A stretch of 64,000 bases of DNA, from assembly GCA_963728075.1 (NCBI GenBank), contig CAVSIP010000003.1:404250-468249 (forward strand). The letters are read 5' to 3'. Within the stretch, counting starts at the first letter, position 1; the number at the start of each line of letters is the position of its first letter. Made by a program: the position numbers and the translations under genes. Origin of the DNA: an uncultured Actinomycetota bacterium. Lineage in GTDB: Bacteria > Actinomycetota > Actinomycetes > JAFAQI01 > DASSKL01. Below, one piece after another: positions 39,866 through 50,798 of this stretch. The notes under the pieces are model-generated. The model worked only from the letters and a program-made list of their open reading frames with translations, did not search any database and was not told where the DNA came from.

Positions 39866-39867
39866 GA

Positions 39868-41412
<1,545 letters not shown>

Positions 41413-41415
41413 GCC

Positions 41416-42531
41416 GTGCGAGCAGTCGAGTACGAGGTCGGCGGCGCGAAGACGGGACGGCGGGCCTACGGGTTCGACGACGTCGCGATCGTGCCGTCAC
41501 GCCGGACCCGTGACCCCGAGGACGTGTCCGTCACCTGGCAGGTGGACGCGTACGCCTTCGAGCTGCCGTTCGTCGTCGCGCCGATGGACAGCGTCATGTC
41601 CCCCGAGACCGCGATCGAGGTCGGCCGGCTCGGCGGTCTCGGTGTGCTCGACCTGGAGGGGCTGTGGACGCGCTACGACGATCCGGCACCCCTGCTGGCC
41701 GAGCTGGCCGAGCTCGACGAGCCGGCCGGCACCGAGCGCATGCGCGCGCTGTACCGCGAGCCGGTGAAGGAGGACCTCATCCGCGCGCGGATCAAGCAGC
41801 TGCGCGACGCCGGGGTCGTGGCAGCGGGCGCGCTGTCCCCGCAGCGCACCGCCCGCTACCACCAGGCGGTGGTGGACGCCGGGGTGGACCTGTTCTTCAT
41901 CCGGGGCACCACGGTCTCCGCGGAGCACGTGTCCTCGCGCTCCGAGCCGCTGAACCTCAAGCAGTTCATCTACGAGCTCGACGTCCCCGTGGTGGTCGGC
42001 GGGTGCGCGACCTACCAGGCCGCGCTGCACCTCATGCGTACGGGCGCCGCCGGCGTGCTCGTCGGCTTCGGTGGGGGCTCGGCGCACACGACGAGCAGCG
42101 TGCTCGGCATCTCGGTGCCGATGGCCACCGCGATCGCGGATGTCGCCGCCGCCCGGCGCGACTACCTCGACGAGTCCGGGGGCCGGTACGTCCACGTGCT
42201 CGCCGACGGCGGGGTCGGCGGCAGCGGCGAGGTGACGAAGGCCATCGCCTGCGGTGCCGACGCCGTGATGATGGGCTCGCCGCTGGCCCGGGCCGTGGAG
42301 GCCCCGGGGCGCGGCTGGCACTGGGGGCACGAGGCCTGGCACGAGACGCTGCCCCGCGGCCAGCGCGTGCATGTCGGGACGACCGGCTCGCTCGAGCAGA
42401 TCCTCGTCGGGCCGTCCTCGGCCGCTGACGGGTCGATGAACCTGGCCGGCGCGCTGCGCCGCGCCATGGCGACCACCGGCTACTCCGCCCTCAAGGAGTT
42501 CCAGCGGGTCGAGCTCGTCATCCGCGGCTGA
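41416..42531 (+). CDS. GuaB3-family IMP dehydrogenase-related protein
   Basis: 371 aa. IMPDH barrel without CBS domains or the catalytic Cys loop. Directly follows guaB, as in mycobacteria and streptomycetes. Confidence 0.82.
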   Translation: MRAVEYEVGGAKTGRRAYGFDDVAIVPSRRTRDPEDVSVTWQVDAYAFELPFVVAPMDSVMSPETAIEVGRLGGLGVLDLEGLWTRYDDPAPLLAELAELDEPAGTERMRALYREPVKEDLIRARIKQLRDAGVVAAGALSPQRTARYHQAVVDAGVDLFFIRGTTVSAEHVSSRSEPLNLKQFIYELDVPVVVGGCATYQAALHLMRTGAAGVLVGFGGGSAHTTSSVLGISVPMATAIADVAAARRDYLDESGGRYVHVLADGGVGGSGEVTKAIACGADAVMMGSPLARAVEAPGRGWHWGHEAWHETLPRGQRVHVGTTGSLEQILVGPSSAADGSMNLAGALRRAMATTGYSALKEFQRVELVIRG

Positions 42532-42584
42532 GGCCAGGCCGCCTTACGCTGAGCTGTCTGGTGGCGACCTGCCGGTCCGTCGCC

Positions 42585-42848
42585 CTAGCGGTCCGTACGG
42601 CCGCGCGCGATCTCCAGCAGGGTCATCGCGAGCCGGGCACCGGGCTCGCCGAACGCCTGGACGTAGCGGTCGACGATCTGCAGCTCGCGGCTGTGCGCGA
42701 CCCGGCGGCCGCCCTCCGCGAGGCGCGCCTGCTGGATCTCCCGGCTGGTCGCGACGCGCTGCTGCACCAGCGCGACGATCTGCTCGTCGAGCTCGTCGAT
42801 GCGCGCCCGGCCGGCGCTGATGGCGTCACTCGTGGACGGTGCGTCCAT
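42585..42848 (-). CDS. chorismate mutase (AroQ class, small cytoplasmic type)
   Basis: ATG 42848, 87 aa. RARIDELDEQIVALVQQRVATSREIQQARL..SRELQIVDRY. The upstream part of the track ORF was rejected. Confidence 0.78.
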   Translation of the reverse strand: MDAPSTSDAISAGRARIDELDEQIVALVQQRVATSREIQQARLAEGGRRVAHSRELQIVDRYVQAFGEPGARLAMTLLEIARGRTDR

Positions 42849-42885
42849 GGTCTGTCCTGCTCTCGGTACGGGGCCCCCGGAACGC

Positions 42886-42920
42886 GACGACGCCCCGGGC
42901 GATGGGCCCGGGGCGTCGTC
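42886..42920. other. strong GC hairpin in divergent intergenic region
   Basis: Perfect 15-bp stem gacgacgccccgggc / gcccggggcgtcgtc with a 5-nt loop. A second 9-bp hairpin ggctaccgg / ccggtagcc lies at 42947-42967. Confidence 0.5.
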
Positions 42921-43101
42921 GGTGGCAGTGCTCAGCCGGCCGCGACGGCTACCGGGGTCCGGTAGCCATAGCGAAATCGCGGCGACTGCGTCATGAGGTG
43001 GAGGATACCTGCTTCGCAGCAGGCACGGCCGGGCTCCTGCTCCGGGACCCGGTCGCCATGGGCCACTACGATGGAGGCCATCCCACGTACCGGAGAGCCG
43101 C

Positions 43102-44658
43102 GTGAGCACTGACGGGTTCGACACCGTCCTCGTCGTCGACTTCGGCGCGCAGTACGCGCAGCTGATCGCCCGCCGGGTGCGCGAGTGTCACGTCTACAGC
43201 GAGATCGTCCCCTGGCGGATGCCGCTGGAGGAGATGCTGGCCAAGCGACCGAAGGCCATCATCCTGTCCGGCGGCCCCTCGTCGGTGTACGCGCCCGACG
43301 CGCCCGCCGTCGAACGGGCGCTGTTCGAGACCGGCGTCCCGACGTTCGGCATCTGCTACGGCTTCCAGGCGATGGCGCTGGCGCTCGGCGGCGAGGTGGC
43401 CCGCACCGGGACCGCGGAGTACGGCGGGACGCCGCTGACCGTGGCCGAGCCGGGTCGGCTGTTCGCCGGGCTGCCGGCCACCCAGTCGGTGTGGATGTCG
43501 CACGGTGACGCCGTGGTCGCCGCACCGCCCGGCTTCGTCGTGACCGCGTCCACGCCGTCGACTCCCGTCGCCGCGTTCGAGGCCGCTGACCGCGGTCTGT
43601 ACGGCGTGCAGTTCCACCCCGAGGTGCTGCACTCCGAGCGCGGCATGGACGTGCTGCGGCACTTCCTCTACGACGCCGCCGGCGCCCGCCCGACCTGGAC
43701 GATGGTGAACATCGTCGACGACGCCGTGGACGAGATCCGCCGCCAGGTCGGCGACAAGAAGGTCATCTGCGGGCTGTCCGGCGGGGTGGACTCCGCCGTG
43801 GCCGCGGCGCTCGTGCAGCGGGCGGTCGGCGACCAGCTGACCTGCGTGTTCGTCGACCACGGGCTGCTGCGCAAGGGCGAGGCGGAGCAGGTCGAGCGGG
43901 ACTTCGTGGCCGCCACCGGTGTGCGGCTGAAGGTCGCCGACGCCACCGAGCGCTTCCTCGACGCGCTGTCGGGCGTCAGCGATCCCGAGGACAAGCGCAA
44001 GGTGGTCGGCCGGGAGTTCATCCGGGTGTTCGAGGCGGCCGCCCGTGAGGTCTCGGCCGACGAGCCGGTCGACTTCCTCGTGCAGGGGACCCTCTACCCC
44101 GACGTCGTCGAGTCCGGCGGCGGCGAGGGTGCCGCGAACATCAAGAGCCACCACAACGTGGGCGGCCTCCCCGAGGACCTGCAGTTCGAGCTCGTCGAGC
44201 CGTTGCGCTGGCTGTTCAAGGACGAGGTGCGCCGGGTGGGTGAGGAGCTCGGCCTGCCGCCGGAGATCGTCTGGCGGCAGCCCTTCCCCGGCCCGGGGCT
44301 GGCCATCCGCATCGTCGGTGAGGTGACGTGCGACCGGCTGGAGATCCTCCGCGAGGCCGACGCGATCGTGCGCGAGGAGCTGTCCGCCGCCGGGTTGGAC
44401 CGTGAGATCTGGCAGTGCCCGGTCGTCCTGCTCGCCGACGTGCGCTCCGTCGGCGTCCAGGGCGACGGCCGGACGTACGGCCATCCGGTCGTGCTGCGGC
44501 CGGTGACCAGCGAGGACGCGATGACGGCCGACTGGGCGCGGCTGCCGTACGCCGTGCTGGCCCGCATCTCCACCCGGGTGACCAACGAGGTCCGTGAGGT
44601 CAACCGGGTCACCGTCGACGTGACGAGCAAGCCGCCCGGCACGATCGAGTGGGAGTAG
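43102..44658 (+). CDS. guaA: glutamine-hydrolysing GMP synthase
   Basis: 518 aa. GATase (GICYGFQ), ATP-PPase SGGVDS, C-terminal ..KPPGTIEWE. Confidence 0.95.
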   Translation: MSTDGFDTVLVVDFGAQYAQLIARRVRECHVYSEIVPWRMPLEEMLAKRPKAIILSGGPSSVYAPDAPAVERALFETGVPTFGICYGFQAMALALGGEVARTGTAEYGGTPLTVAEPGRLFAGLPATQSVWMSHGDAVVAAPPGFVVTASTPSTPVAAFEAADRGLYGVQFHPEVLHSERGMDVLRHFLYDAAGARPTWTMVNIVDDAVDEIRRQVGDKKVICGLSGGVDSAVAAALVQRAVGDQLTCVFVDHGLLRKGEAEQVERDFVAATGVRLKVADATERFLDALSGVSDPEDKRKVVGREFIRVFEAAAREVSADEPVDFLVQGTLYPDVVESGGGEGAANIKSHHNVGGLPEDLQFELVEPLRWLFKDEVRRVGEELGLPPEIVWRQPFPGPGLAIRIVGEVTCDRLEILREADAIVREELSAAGLDREIWQCPVVLLADVRSVGVQGDGRTYGHPVVLRPVTSEDAMTADWARLPYAVLARISTRVTNEVREVNRVTVDVTSKPPGTIEWE

Positions 44659-45173
44659 TGGCCGACGACGCGGGTCCGCAGGCGCGCGAGACCGTCAAGG
44701 AGCGGATCGACCGCGAGCTCATCGAGCTGCTCAACGAGCTGCGCGTCGCGCTGCCCGGCGTGCAGGTGCTGCTCGGCTTCCTGCTCACGGTGCCGTTCCA
44801 GGGCCGGTTCGCCGACGCGACACCGTTCGAGCAGGACGTCTACTTCGCCACCCTGCTGGCGACCGCGGTCTCCTCGATGCTGCTCATGACCCCGGCCGCC
44901 CAGCACCGGATCCTGTTCCGCCAGAAGGAGAAGGAGCAGATGCTGCGCCGGGCGAACGGGTACGCGATCGCCGGGTTCGTCGTCCTCGGCCTCGCGCTCG
45001 CGGGCGTGCTCCTGCTCGTCACGCACTTCCTGTTCGGCCCCGGTCGCGCCACGGTGACGGTGGCGGTGGCCTCGATCGGGATGGCGTGGGCCTGGCTGGC
45101 CCAGCCGCTGATCCGCCGGGCCCGGACGGTGCAGGACGACCCTCACGCCTCCGCGGGCGCGGCGCCCGAGTAG
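44649..45173 (+). CDS. hypothetical membrane protein (DUF6328-like)
   Basis: 174 aa. N-terminal charged helix [29 protein letters not shown] plus further TM segments. Overlaps the guaA 3' end by 10 nt. Confidence 0.55.
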   Translation: MGVVADDAGPQARETVKERIDRELIELLNELRVALPGVQVLLGFLLTVPFQGRFADATPFEQDVYFATLLATAVSSMLLMTPAAQHRILFRQKEKEQMLRRANGYAIAGFVVLGLALAGVLLLVTHFLFGPGRATVTVAVASIGMAWAWLAQPLIRRARTVQDDPHASAGAAPE

Positions 45174-45604
45174 TCGGCCGCCGGCGCGTTCGCCAGCCCG
45201 GTCGAGACATCGGTGAGGATGCGCCGCACCAGCGCGCGTGCCAGCGGCGCCGGCAGCGGCGAGCGGAACGTCGCCTGCCAGGTGATCCGGGTGCCGCCCT
45301 GCTGCTGGGCGAGCACGGCCTCTCCGGTGTAGTCGCGCAGGATCGGGTTGCCCAGCAGCCGGTAGACCTGCCGGTTCGGGGGCTCGCTGACGAGGATCTC
45401 CTCGCGGACGGTGACCGGGCCGGTCGTCACCCGGCGGACGGCGCCCACCCCGCCCGGGTCGGGGCTGCCGTCACGGTCGCGCCCGGCGGACTTGGCGGCC
45501 ATCCATCGCGGCCACGTGGAGGCGTCGTGGAGCAGCGCCCACCGGCTCTCCACCGGGTACGGGCTGTCGACGGTCACCGTCACCGTCAGCGGCGACTTGG
45601 CCAT
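45143..45604 (-). CDS. SRPBCC-superfamily protein (polyketide cyclase/dehydrase-like)
   Basis: ATG 45604, 153 aa. W..W..VRRV....V.E.I.......Y pattern typical of the START/Bet v1 fold. Assignment by pattern only. Confidence 0.5.
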   Translation of the reverse strand: MAKSPLTVTVTVDSPYPVESRWALLHDASTWPRWMAAKSAGRDRDGSPDPGGVGAVRRVTTGPVTVREEILVSEPPNRQVYRLLGNPILRDYTGEAVLAQQQGGTRITWQATFRSPLPAPLARALVRRILTDVSTGLANAPAADYSGAAPAEA

Positions 45605-45611
45605 GCGGTCC

Positions 45612-46103
45612 TCACAGGGCAGGGGCGGGCTTGGGCTCGGAGATCTCGAAGAACTCGCGCATGAAGTACACCAGCGCCGGGCCGCCACCGACGGTGCAGT
45701 GCTCGACGAGGCCGGTGAGGATCGTGTGGTCGCCGCCGGGGAACAGCCCCTCCAGCCGGCACTCCACGGTGGCGATCGCGTTCGAGAGCACCGGCAGCCC
45801 CAGCGAGCCGTCGGAGAACTCCCCGCCACCGAACTTGTCCGCCCCCCGGGTCGCGAAGCGCATCGCGAGGTCCTCGTGCTGGGGGCCGAGGATGCTGACG
45901 GCGAAGGTCTCCGCCGCGACGAACACCTCGTGGCACTCGGCCTCCTCGGCGAGGCAGGACAGCACCATCGGCGGGTCGACCGACAGCGACGTGAACGCGC
46001 TCGCGGTGTAGCCGCGCGGGCTGCCGTCGGGGGCGACCGTCGTCACGATGGTCACCCCGCTGGCGAAGCGGGCCATCGCGTCGCGGAACGCCTCGTCGTT
46101 CAC
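45612..46103 (-). CDS. flavin reductase family protein (HpaC/NADH:FMN oxidoreductase-like)
   Basis: GTG 46103, 163 aa. FRDAMARFASGVTIVTT..GYTASAFTSLSVDPPMVLSCL. Confidence 0.75.
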   Translation of the reverse strand: MNDEAFRDAMARFASGVTIVTTVAPDGSPRGYTASAFTSLSVDPPMVLSCLAEEAECHEVFVAAETFAVSILGPQHEDLAMRFATRGADKFGGGEFSDGSLGLPVLSNAIATVECRLEGLFPGGDHTILTGLVEHCTVGGGPALVYFMREFFEISEPKPAPAL

Positions 46104-46113
46104 CGTCGGCTCC

Positions 46114-46830
46114 TCAGGCGGTCGCTGCCACGTAGTAGGACTCGGCCAGCCGGCCCTCCGGCAGCCCCGCCCGGACGGCGTTCTGGCCCAGCCAGCCACG
46201 CAGCATGGCGTCGAGGTCGCCGATCTCCACGAGCTGCGACTCGTGCCGGCGCAGCGCCGCCTTCTTGCGCTCGAAGGTCTCGGTGACGTCGACGAAGTGG
46301 TTCGGCTCGGCGCTGGCCATGAGCCAGGTCTCCGGGACCTTCCACGCCTCCAGGCCCTCCGCCGCGAGCTCGGGGTAGGCGAACGGGTTGCGCGCGTCCG
46401 GGTAGATGGCGCACATCGTCGCCTCGCCGGTCGCCAGGTGGTCGGGGTGGCTGGCCGCGATCCGGGCGAAGTTGCGTACCGGGCTCTGCGTGAGGACCCG
46501 CTGCGGCCGGACCCGCCGGATCACCCGGGCGATGTCACGGCGCAGGTCCGTCGTGACCGTCACGCGGCCGTCGCCGTAGCCGAGGAACACGACGTCGCGC
46601 ACACCGAGCTCCGCGGCCGCCGCCCGCTGCTCGGCCTGACGGATCCCGGCGATGTCCTCCCGGGGCACCTCGGGGTCGAAGCCCCCGGCGTCACCGTTGG
46701 TGACGATGCAGTACGTCACCTCGGTCCCGGCCGCGGTCCACTGCGCGATCGTCCCGGCAGCACCGAAGTCGACGTCGTCCGGGTGCGCGGTGACGACCAG
46801 CGCTCGCTCGACCTCCTCGTCCTTCAGCAC
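46114..46830 (-). CDS. PIG-L/LmbE-family deacetylase
   Basis: 238 aa. Zinc-binding AHPDDVDFG motif, HPDH later. Confidence 0.78.
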   Translation of the reverse strand: MLKDEEVERALVVTAHPDDVDFGAAGTIAQWTAAGTEVTYCIVTNGDAGGFDPEVPREDIAGIRQAEQRAAAAELGVRDVVFLGYGDGRVTVTTDLRRDIARVIRRVRPQRVLTQSPVRNFARIAASHPDHLATGEATMCAIYPDARNPFAYPELAAEGLEAWKVPETWLMASAEPNHFVDVTETFERKKAALRRHESQLVEIGDLDAMLRGWLGQNAVRAGLPEGRLAESYYVAATA

Positions 46831-46910
46831 GCGGCAAGGCTAGGCCAGAGGCGGGGGCCCGCGCTGCGGCGGGCGGCTGTCCTGGCGCCCGCGTAGGCTC
46901 GCAGGCACCG

Positions 46911-49121
46911 ATGGACAGCACTCACCTCCTCGACGGGCTCAACCCGCAGCAACGCCTCGCGACGGTCCACGCCGGCGGCCCACTGCTCGTCATCGCCGGA
47001 GCCGGCTCGGGCAAGACCCGGGTGCTCACCCACCGCATCGCCTGGCTGCTCGGCGAACGAGGGGTGCAGCCCGGCGAGGTCCTGGCGATCACGTTCACGA
47101 ACAAGGCCGCCGGGGAGATGAAGGAACGGGCGGCCTCCCTCATCGGCCCGCGTGCCCGCGCCATGTGGGTGTCGACGTTCCACTCCGCGTGCGTGCGGAT
47201 CCTGCGCGCGGAGGGCAAGCGCCTGGGCTTCACCAGCTCGTTCTCCATCTACGACGCCGACGACGCGCGCCGGGCCATGACCGCGGTCGTGCGCGAGCTG
47301 GACCTCGACCCCAAGCGCTTCGCGCCGCGTGCCCTCGCCGCCCAGGTGAGCAACGCGAAGAACGAGCTGCTCGACTGGGAGACCTACCGGTCGCAGGCGG
47401 CCAACACCACCGAGCAGACGGTCGCCGAGGCGTACGCGCTCTACCAGCGACGGCTGCGCGAGGCGAACGCGCTGGACTTCGACGACCTGATCATGACCAC
47501 CGTCAACCTGCTCCAGCTGTTCCCGGACGTGGCGGAGCACTACCGGCGCCGGTTCCGCCACGTGCTCGTCGACGAGTACCAGGACACCAACCACGCCCAG
47601 TACGTGCTCGTCCGCGAGCTGGTGGGTCGCGACGGTGAGGGGCCGGTGCCGCCGGCGGAGCTGTGCGTCGTCGGCGATGCCGACCAGTCGATCTATGCGT
47701 TCCGCGGAGCGACCATCCGCAACATCCTCGCGTTCGAGGAGGACTACCCGTCCGCGACGGTGGTGCTGCTCGAGCAGAACTACCGCTCGACGCAGACCAT
47801 CCTGTCGGCGGCGAACGCGGTGATCTCCCGCAACCCCGACCGCAAGCCGAAGAACCTCTGGTCGGAGGCCGGCCCGGGGGCGCCGATCACCGGCTACGTC
47901 GGGGACAACGAGCACGACGAGGCCTCGTTCGTGGCCACCGAGGTGGACCGGCTCACCGACGAGGAGGACGTGCAGCCCGGCGACATCGCGGTGTTCTACC
48001 GGACCAACGCGCAGTCACGCGTCTTCGAGGAGGTGTTCGTCCGGGTCGGCCTGCCGTACCGCGTGGTCGGCGGCGTCCGCTTCTACGAGCGTCGCGAGGT
48101 CCGGGACGCGCTCGCCTACCTGCGGGTGCTGGCCAACCCGGCCGACACCGTCTCGCTCCGCCGGATCCTCAACGTCCCCAAGCGGGGTATCGGGGACCGG
48201 GCCGAGGCCTGCGTGCAGGCGCTGGCCGAGCGCGAGCGGATGCCCTTCGCCGACGCCCTGCGGCAGGCTGCGGACGCGCCGGGCATCGCCACCCGGTCGC
48301 TGAACGCCATCGAGGGCTTCGTCACGCTGCTCGACGAGCTGCGCTCCGTGGCCGAGACCGCCGGGCCGGCGGTCGTCCTGGAGCAGGTGCTGGCACGCAG
48401 CAGCTACCTCGCGGAGCTGCAGGCCAGCTCCGACCCGCAGGACGAGGGGCGCGTCGAGAACCTGGAGGAGCTGCTCGCGGTGACCCGCGAGTTCGAGGAG
48501 CGGGTGCCGGACGGCACGCTCGCCGAGTTCCTCGAACAGGTGGCGCTGGTAGCCGACGCGGACGAGATCCCCGACGACGACGGCACCGGCGGCGTGGTGA
48601 CGCTCATGACGCTGCACACCGCCAAGGGGCTGGAGTTCCCGGTGGTGTTCCTCACCGGGATGGAGGACGGGGTCTTCCCGCACCTGCGGTCGCTGGGGGA
48701 CCCGGACGAGCTCGCGGAGGAGCGCCGGCTGGCCTACGTCGGGATCACCCGCGCGGAGCGGCGGCTCTACCTCAGCCGCGCGGTCGTGCGGTCGGCGTGG
48801 GGCGCGCCGTCGTACAACCCCCGGTCACGGTTCCTCGACGAGATCCCGGCCGAGCTGGTCGAATGGCAGGGACGCACCGAGCCGGCCGCCACGACCGTGG
48901 CGCGCAGCGTCGCCACCGCGCGCCCGCGGGCGGCGGGCCCGGGCTCGCGCCCGGTCGTCGCGCTGGCGGCCGGGGACCGGGTCACCCACGACACGTTCGG
49001 TCTCGGCACGGTCGTCGCCACGGCCGGTGCGGCCGACAAGGCCGAGGCGACCATCGACTTCGGCGGTGAGGTGGGCACCAAACGGCTGCTGCTGCGGTAC
49101 GCGCCCGTGCAGAAGCTGTGA
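46911..49121 (+). CDS. pcrA: ATP-dependent DNA helicase PcrA/UvrD1
   Basis: 736 aa. SF1 motifs AGAGSGKT, VDEYQDTN, QNYRST, VTLMTLHTAKGLEF, YVGITRA. Confidence 0.92.
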   Translation: MDSTHLLDGLNPQQRLATVHAGGPLLVIAGAGSGKTRVLTHRIAWLLGERGVQPGEVLAITFTNKAAGEMKERAASLIGPRARAMWVSTFHSACVRILRAEGKRLGFTSSFSIYDADDARRAMTAVVRELDLDPKRFAPRALAAQVSNAKNELLDWETYRSQAANTTEQTVAEAYALYQRRLREANALDFDDLIMTTVNLLQLFPDVAEHYRRRFRHVLVDEYQDTNHAQYVLVRELVGRDGEGPVPPAELCVVGDADQSIYAFRGATIRNILAFEEDYPSATVVLLEQNYRSTQTILSAANAVISRNPDRKPKNLWSEAGPGAPITGYVGDNEHDEASFVATEVDRLTDEEDVQPGDIAVFYRTNAQSRVFEEVFVRVGLPYRVVGGVRFYERREVRDALAYLRVLANPADTVSLRRILNVPKRGIGDRAEACVQALAERERMPFADALRQAADAPGIATRSLNAIEGFVTLLDELRSVAETAGPAVVLEQVLARSSYLAELQASSDPQDEGRVENLEELLAVTREFEERVPDGTLAEFLEQVALVADADEIPDDDGTGGVVTLMTLHTAKGLEFPVVFLTGMEDGVFPHLRSLGDPDELAEERRLAYVGITRAERRLYLSRAVVRSAWGAPSYNPRSRFLDEIPAELVEWQGRTEPAATTVARSVATARPRAAGPGSRPVVALAAGDRVTHDTFGLGTVVATAGAADKAEATIDFGGEVGTKRLLLRYAPVQKL

Positions 49122-49895
49122 GACCGTCGCCAGGACCGCCCGGCGGGTCGTGGCCAGTCGCCCGGCGGCGGCGTAGGACACCGCCACCAGCAACGCCCCC
49201 GCGACCACGTCGGTGACGAAGTGGTTCGCGGTGGCGAACACCACGAACGCCGTCAGCAGCGGGTGCAGCGCCAGCAGGACCCGCTGCCAGACCCGGCGCA
49301 GCACGTCGCCGATCGCCACCGCCGCCCAGACCGCCCACGCGATGTGCAGCGACGGCACCGCCGCGTAGATGTTGGCCGCCGAGGGCTCCAGCGACCCGAC
49401 GTGGAACGGGTCGAGCAGCGCCACCGAGTCGACGTAGCCGGGCAGCAGCCTGGGCGGCGCCACCGGGTACAACCAGAACACGGCGAACGCCACAGCGCAG
49501 GCCAGGAACAGCACGTTGCGGTGCCGCAGGTAGGCCGCGGGCCGCCAGATGAACAGCACCACGAGCGCGCCCATCGTGACCAGGACGTGAGCCACGACGT
49601 AGTAGTAGGCGGAGAACAGCTCCAGCGCGTGGATGCCGGAGACCCACCCGTTCACCGTGCTGGTGAGGTGGCCGGCTGTGTCCAGCCAGGACGTGCTGAT
49701 GTCCCGGGCGTGGTCGAGCGCCGTACGGGCCGTGTCAGGCCGCAGGTTGCGGGTCGCGTCGTAGCCCCAGTAGAACAGCGCGATCATGCCGAGCTGGGCC
49801 CACCAGCGTGGTCGCCCCCTGGTGCGGCGCAGCCGCGTCAGGGCGGCCAGTGGCGGTCCCGAGGTTGTGGCGGGGGCGGGTGCTCCGTGAGGCAC
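48825..49895 (-). CDS. PAP2-superfamily membrane protein (PAP2_C / inositol-phosphotransferase-like)
   Basis: 356-aa ORF. Polytopic, with C-terminal PAP2 motifs PSLH...ATANHFVTD. The last roughly 100 codons run antisense through the pcrA 3' end and look non-conserved. Confidence 0.6.
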   Translation of the reverse strand: MPHGAPAPATTSGPPLAALTRLRRTRGRPRWWAQLGMIALFYWGYDATRNLRPDTARTALDHARDISTSWLDTAGHLTSTVNGWVSGIHALELFSAYYYVVAHVLVTMGALVVLFIWRPAAYLRHRNVLFLACAVAFAVFWLYPVAPPRLLPGYVDSVALLDPFHVGSLEPSAANIYAAVPSLHIAWAVWAAVAIGDVLRRVWQRVLLALHPLLTAFVVFATANHFVTDVVAGALLVAVSYAAAGRLATTRRAVLATVSQLLHGRVPQQQPFGAHLTAEVDGRLGLVGRTGRGDDRAETERVVGDPVPGRQRDDRARARARRPRARGGDAARHGRGGRLGASLPFDQLGRDLVEEP

Positions 49896-49943
49896 GCTCC
49901 CACCTCCCTTGACGGCCCGGGAGCGGGTTGCGCCGCCCCCTTC

Positions 49944-50627
49944 TCAGATTCCCACGCCGTGCTGGCGAAGGAACGTCAGCGGGTTCACCGGCGATCCGCC
50001 GATCCGCACCTCGAAGTGCAGGTGCGGCCCGGTCGCGTCACCCGTTGCCCCGACGTAGCCGATCACGTCCCCCGCATGGACGGTTCCCCCTGTGCGGGCG
50101 AACCGGCTCATGTGACCGTAGCGGGTTTCGGTGCCGTCCCAGTCCCGAATGACGATCAATCGTCCGTAGCCGGACTCCCAGCCGGCGAACGCCAGCGTGC
50201 CGTCGGTCGCGGCCACGATCGGCGCGTCGTAGCCGGCGGCGATGTCGATGCCCTCGTGCATGCGGCCCCACCGCATGCCGAACAGCGAGCTGAGCGGTCC
50301 GTGTGCCGGGAGCACCCAGGTGCGGGCCGGCCGGGCCGCGTCCCGGCTCGCCCGGGCGGCCGGTCGGGCCGTGGCCGGCATGGGCGCCGGCGGCAGCACG
50401 GCGGCCGGCCGCTCGTCGAGCGGCCGGCCGTCGGCGTGCAGGGCGGCGTCCAGCGACGTCGCGCTGGACACGGCGGCCATGGTCGCGTTCGCGGGCGTGT
50501 GCGCGGCGAGGCTCCCCAGGACCGTCACGGCGACGACGGCCGACGGCGCGAGCACGAGCGCCGCGACGACGGAGGAGACGTCGACCGGGCGACGGCGGGC
50601 ACGGCGCAGTCTCAGCGGCTTCGGCAC
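49944..50627 (-). CDS. M23-family metallopeptidase (secreted or membrane-anchored)
   Basis: 227 aa. GTG start, N-terminal TM/signal. H.G.D (HEGIDIAA) and GATG.ATGPHLHFEV motifs. Confidence 0.85.
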   Translation of the reverse strand: MPKPLRLRRARRRPVDVSSVVAALVLAPSAVVAVTVLGSLAAHTPANATMAAVSSATSLDAALHADGRPLDERPAAVLPPAPMPATARPAARASRDAARPARTWVLPAHGPLSSLFGMRWGRMHEGIDIAAGYDAPIVAATDGTLAFAGWESGYGRLIVIRDWDGTETRYGHMSRFARTGGTVHAGDVIGYVGATGDATGPHLHFEVRIGGSPVNPLTFLRQHGVGI

Positions 50628-50766
50628 GGTGGCGTTTGTCCCTCGTCCGGTGCGGGCAGGGACTGCCTGGCGGCTCGTCGAGTGGCCGGGCGGCAGCCTG
50701 CCCTGCGGCTCTGGTCGGAATACCGGTCGCCACTGTAACCAGTTCGTTACCGAGAGCGGGGGCAGG

Positions 50767-50789
50767 GGGCCCGGATTTCTCCCGGGCCC
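50767..50789 (-). terminator. possible terminator hairpin after the lipase gene
   Basis: 8-bp GC stem gggcccgg / ccgggccc with a 7-nt loop, 10 nt downstream of the stop on the minus strand. No U-tract. Confidence 0.35.
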
Positions 50790-50798
50790 GGGGTCACC

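Noticed and set aside
50628-50766. Cyclic-di-AMP (ydaO-yuaA) riboswitch in the M23 peptidase leader
   Set aside because: The context is right, since cell-wall hydrolases often carry this riboswitch. The hallmark segments (ACGGGGGACCCA, GGGGUGAAUC, CCGAAUCCGACAGCUAACCUCGUA) are not recognisable. There is only a weak AUUCCGACCAG resemblance.
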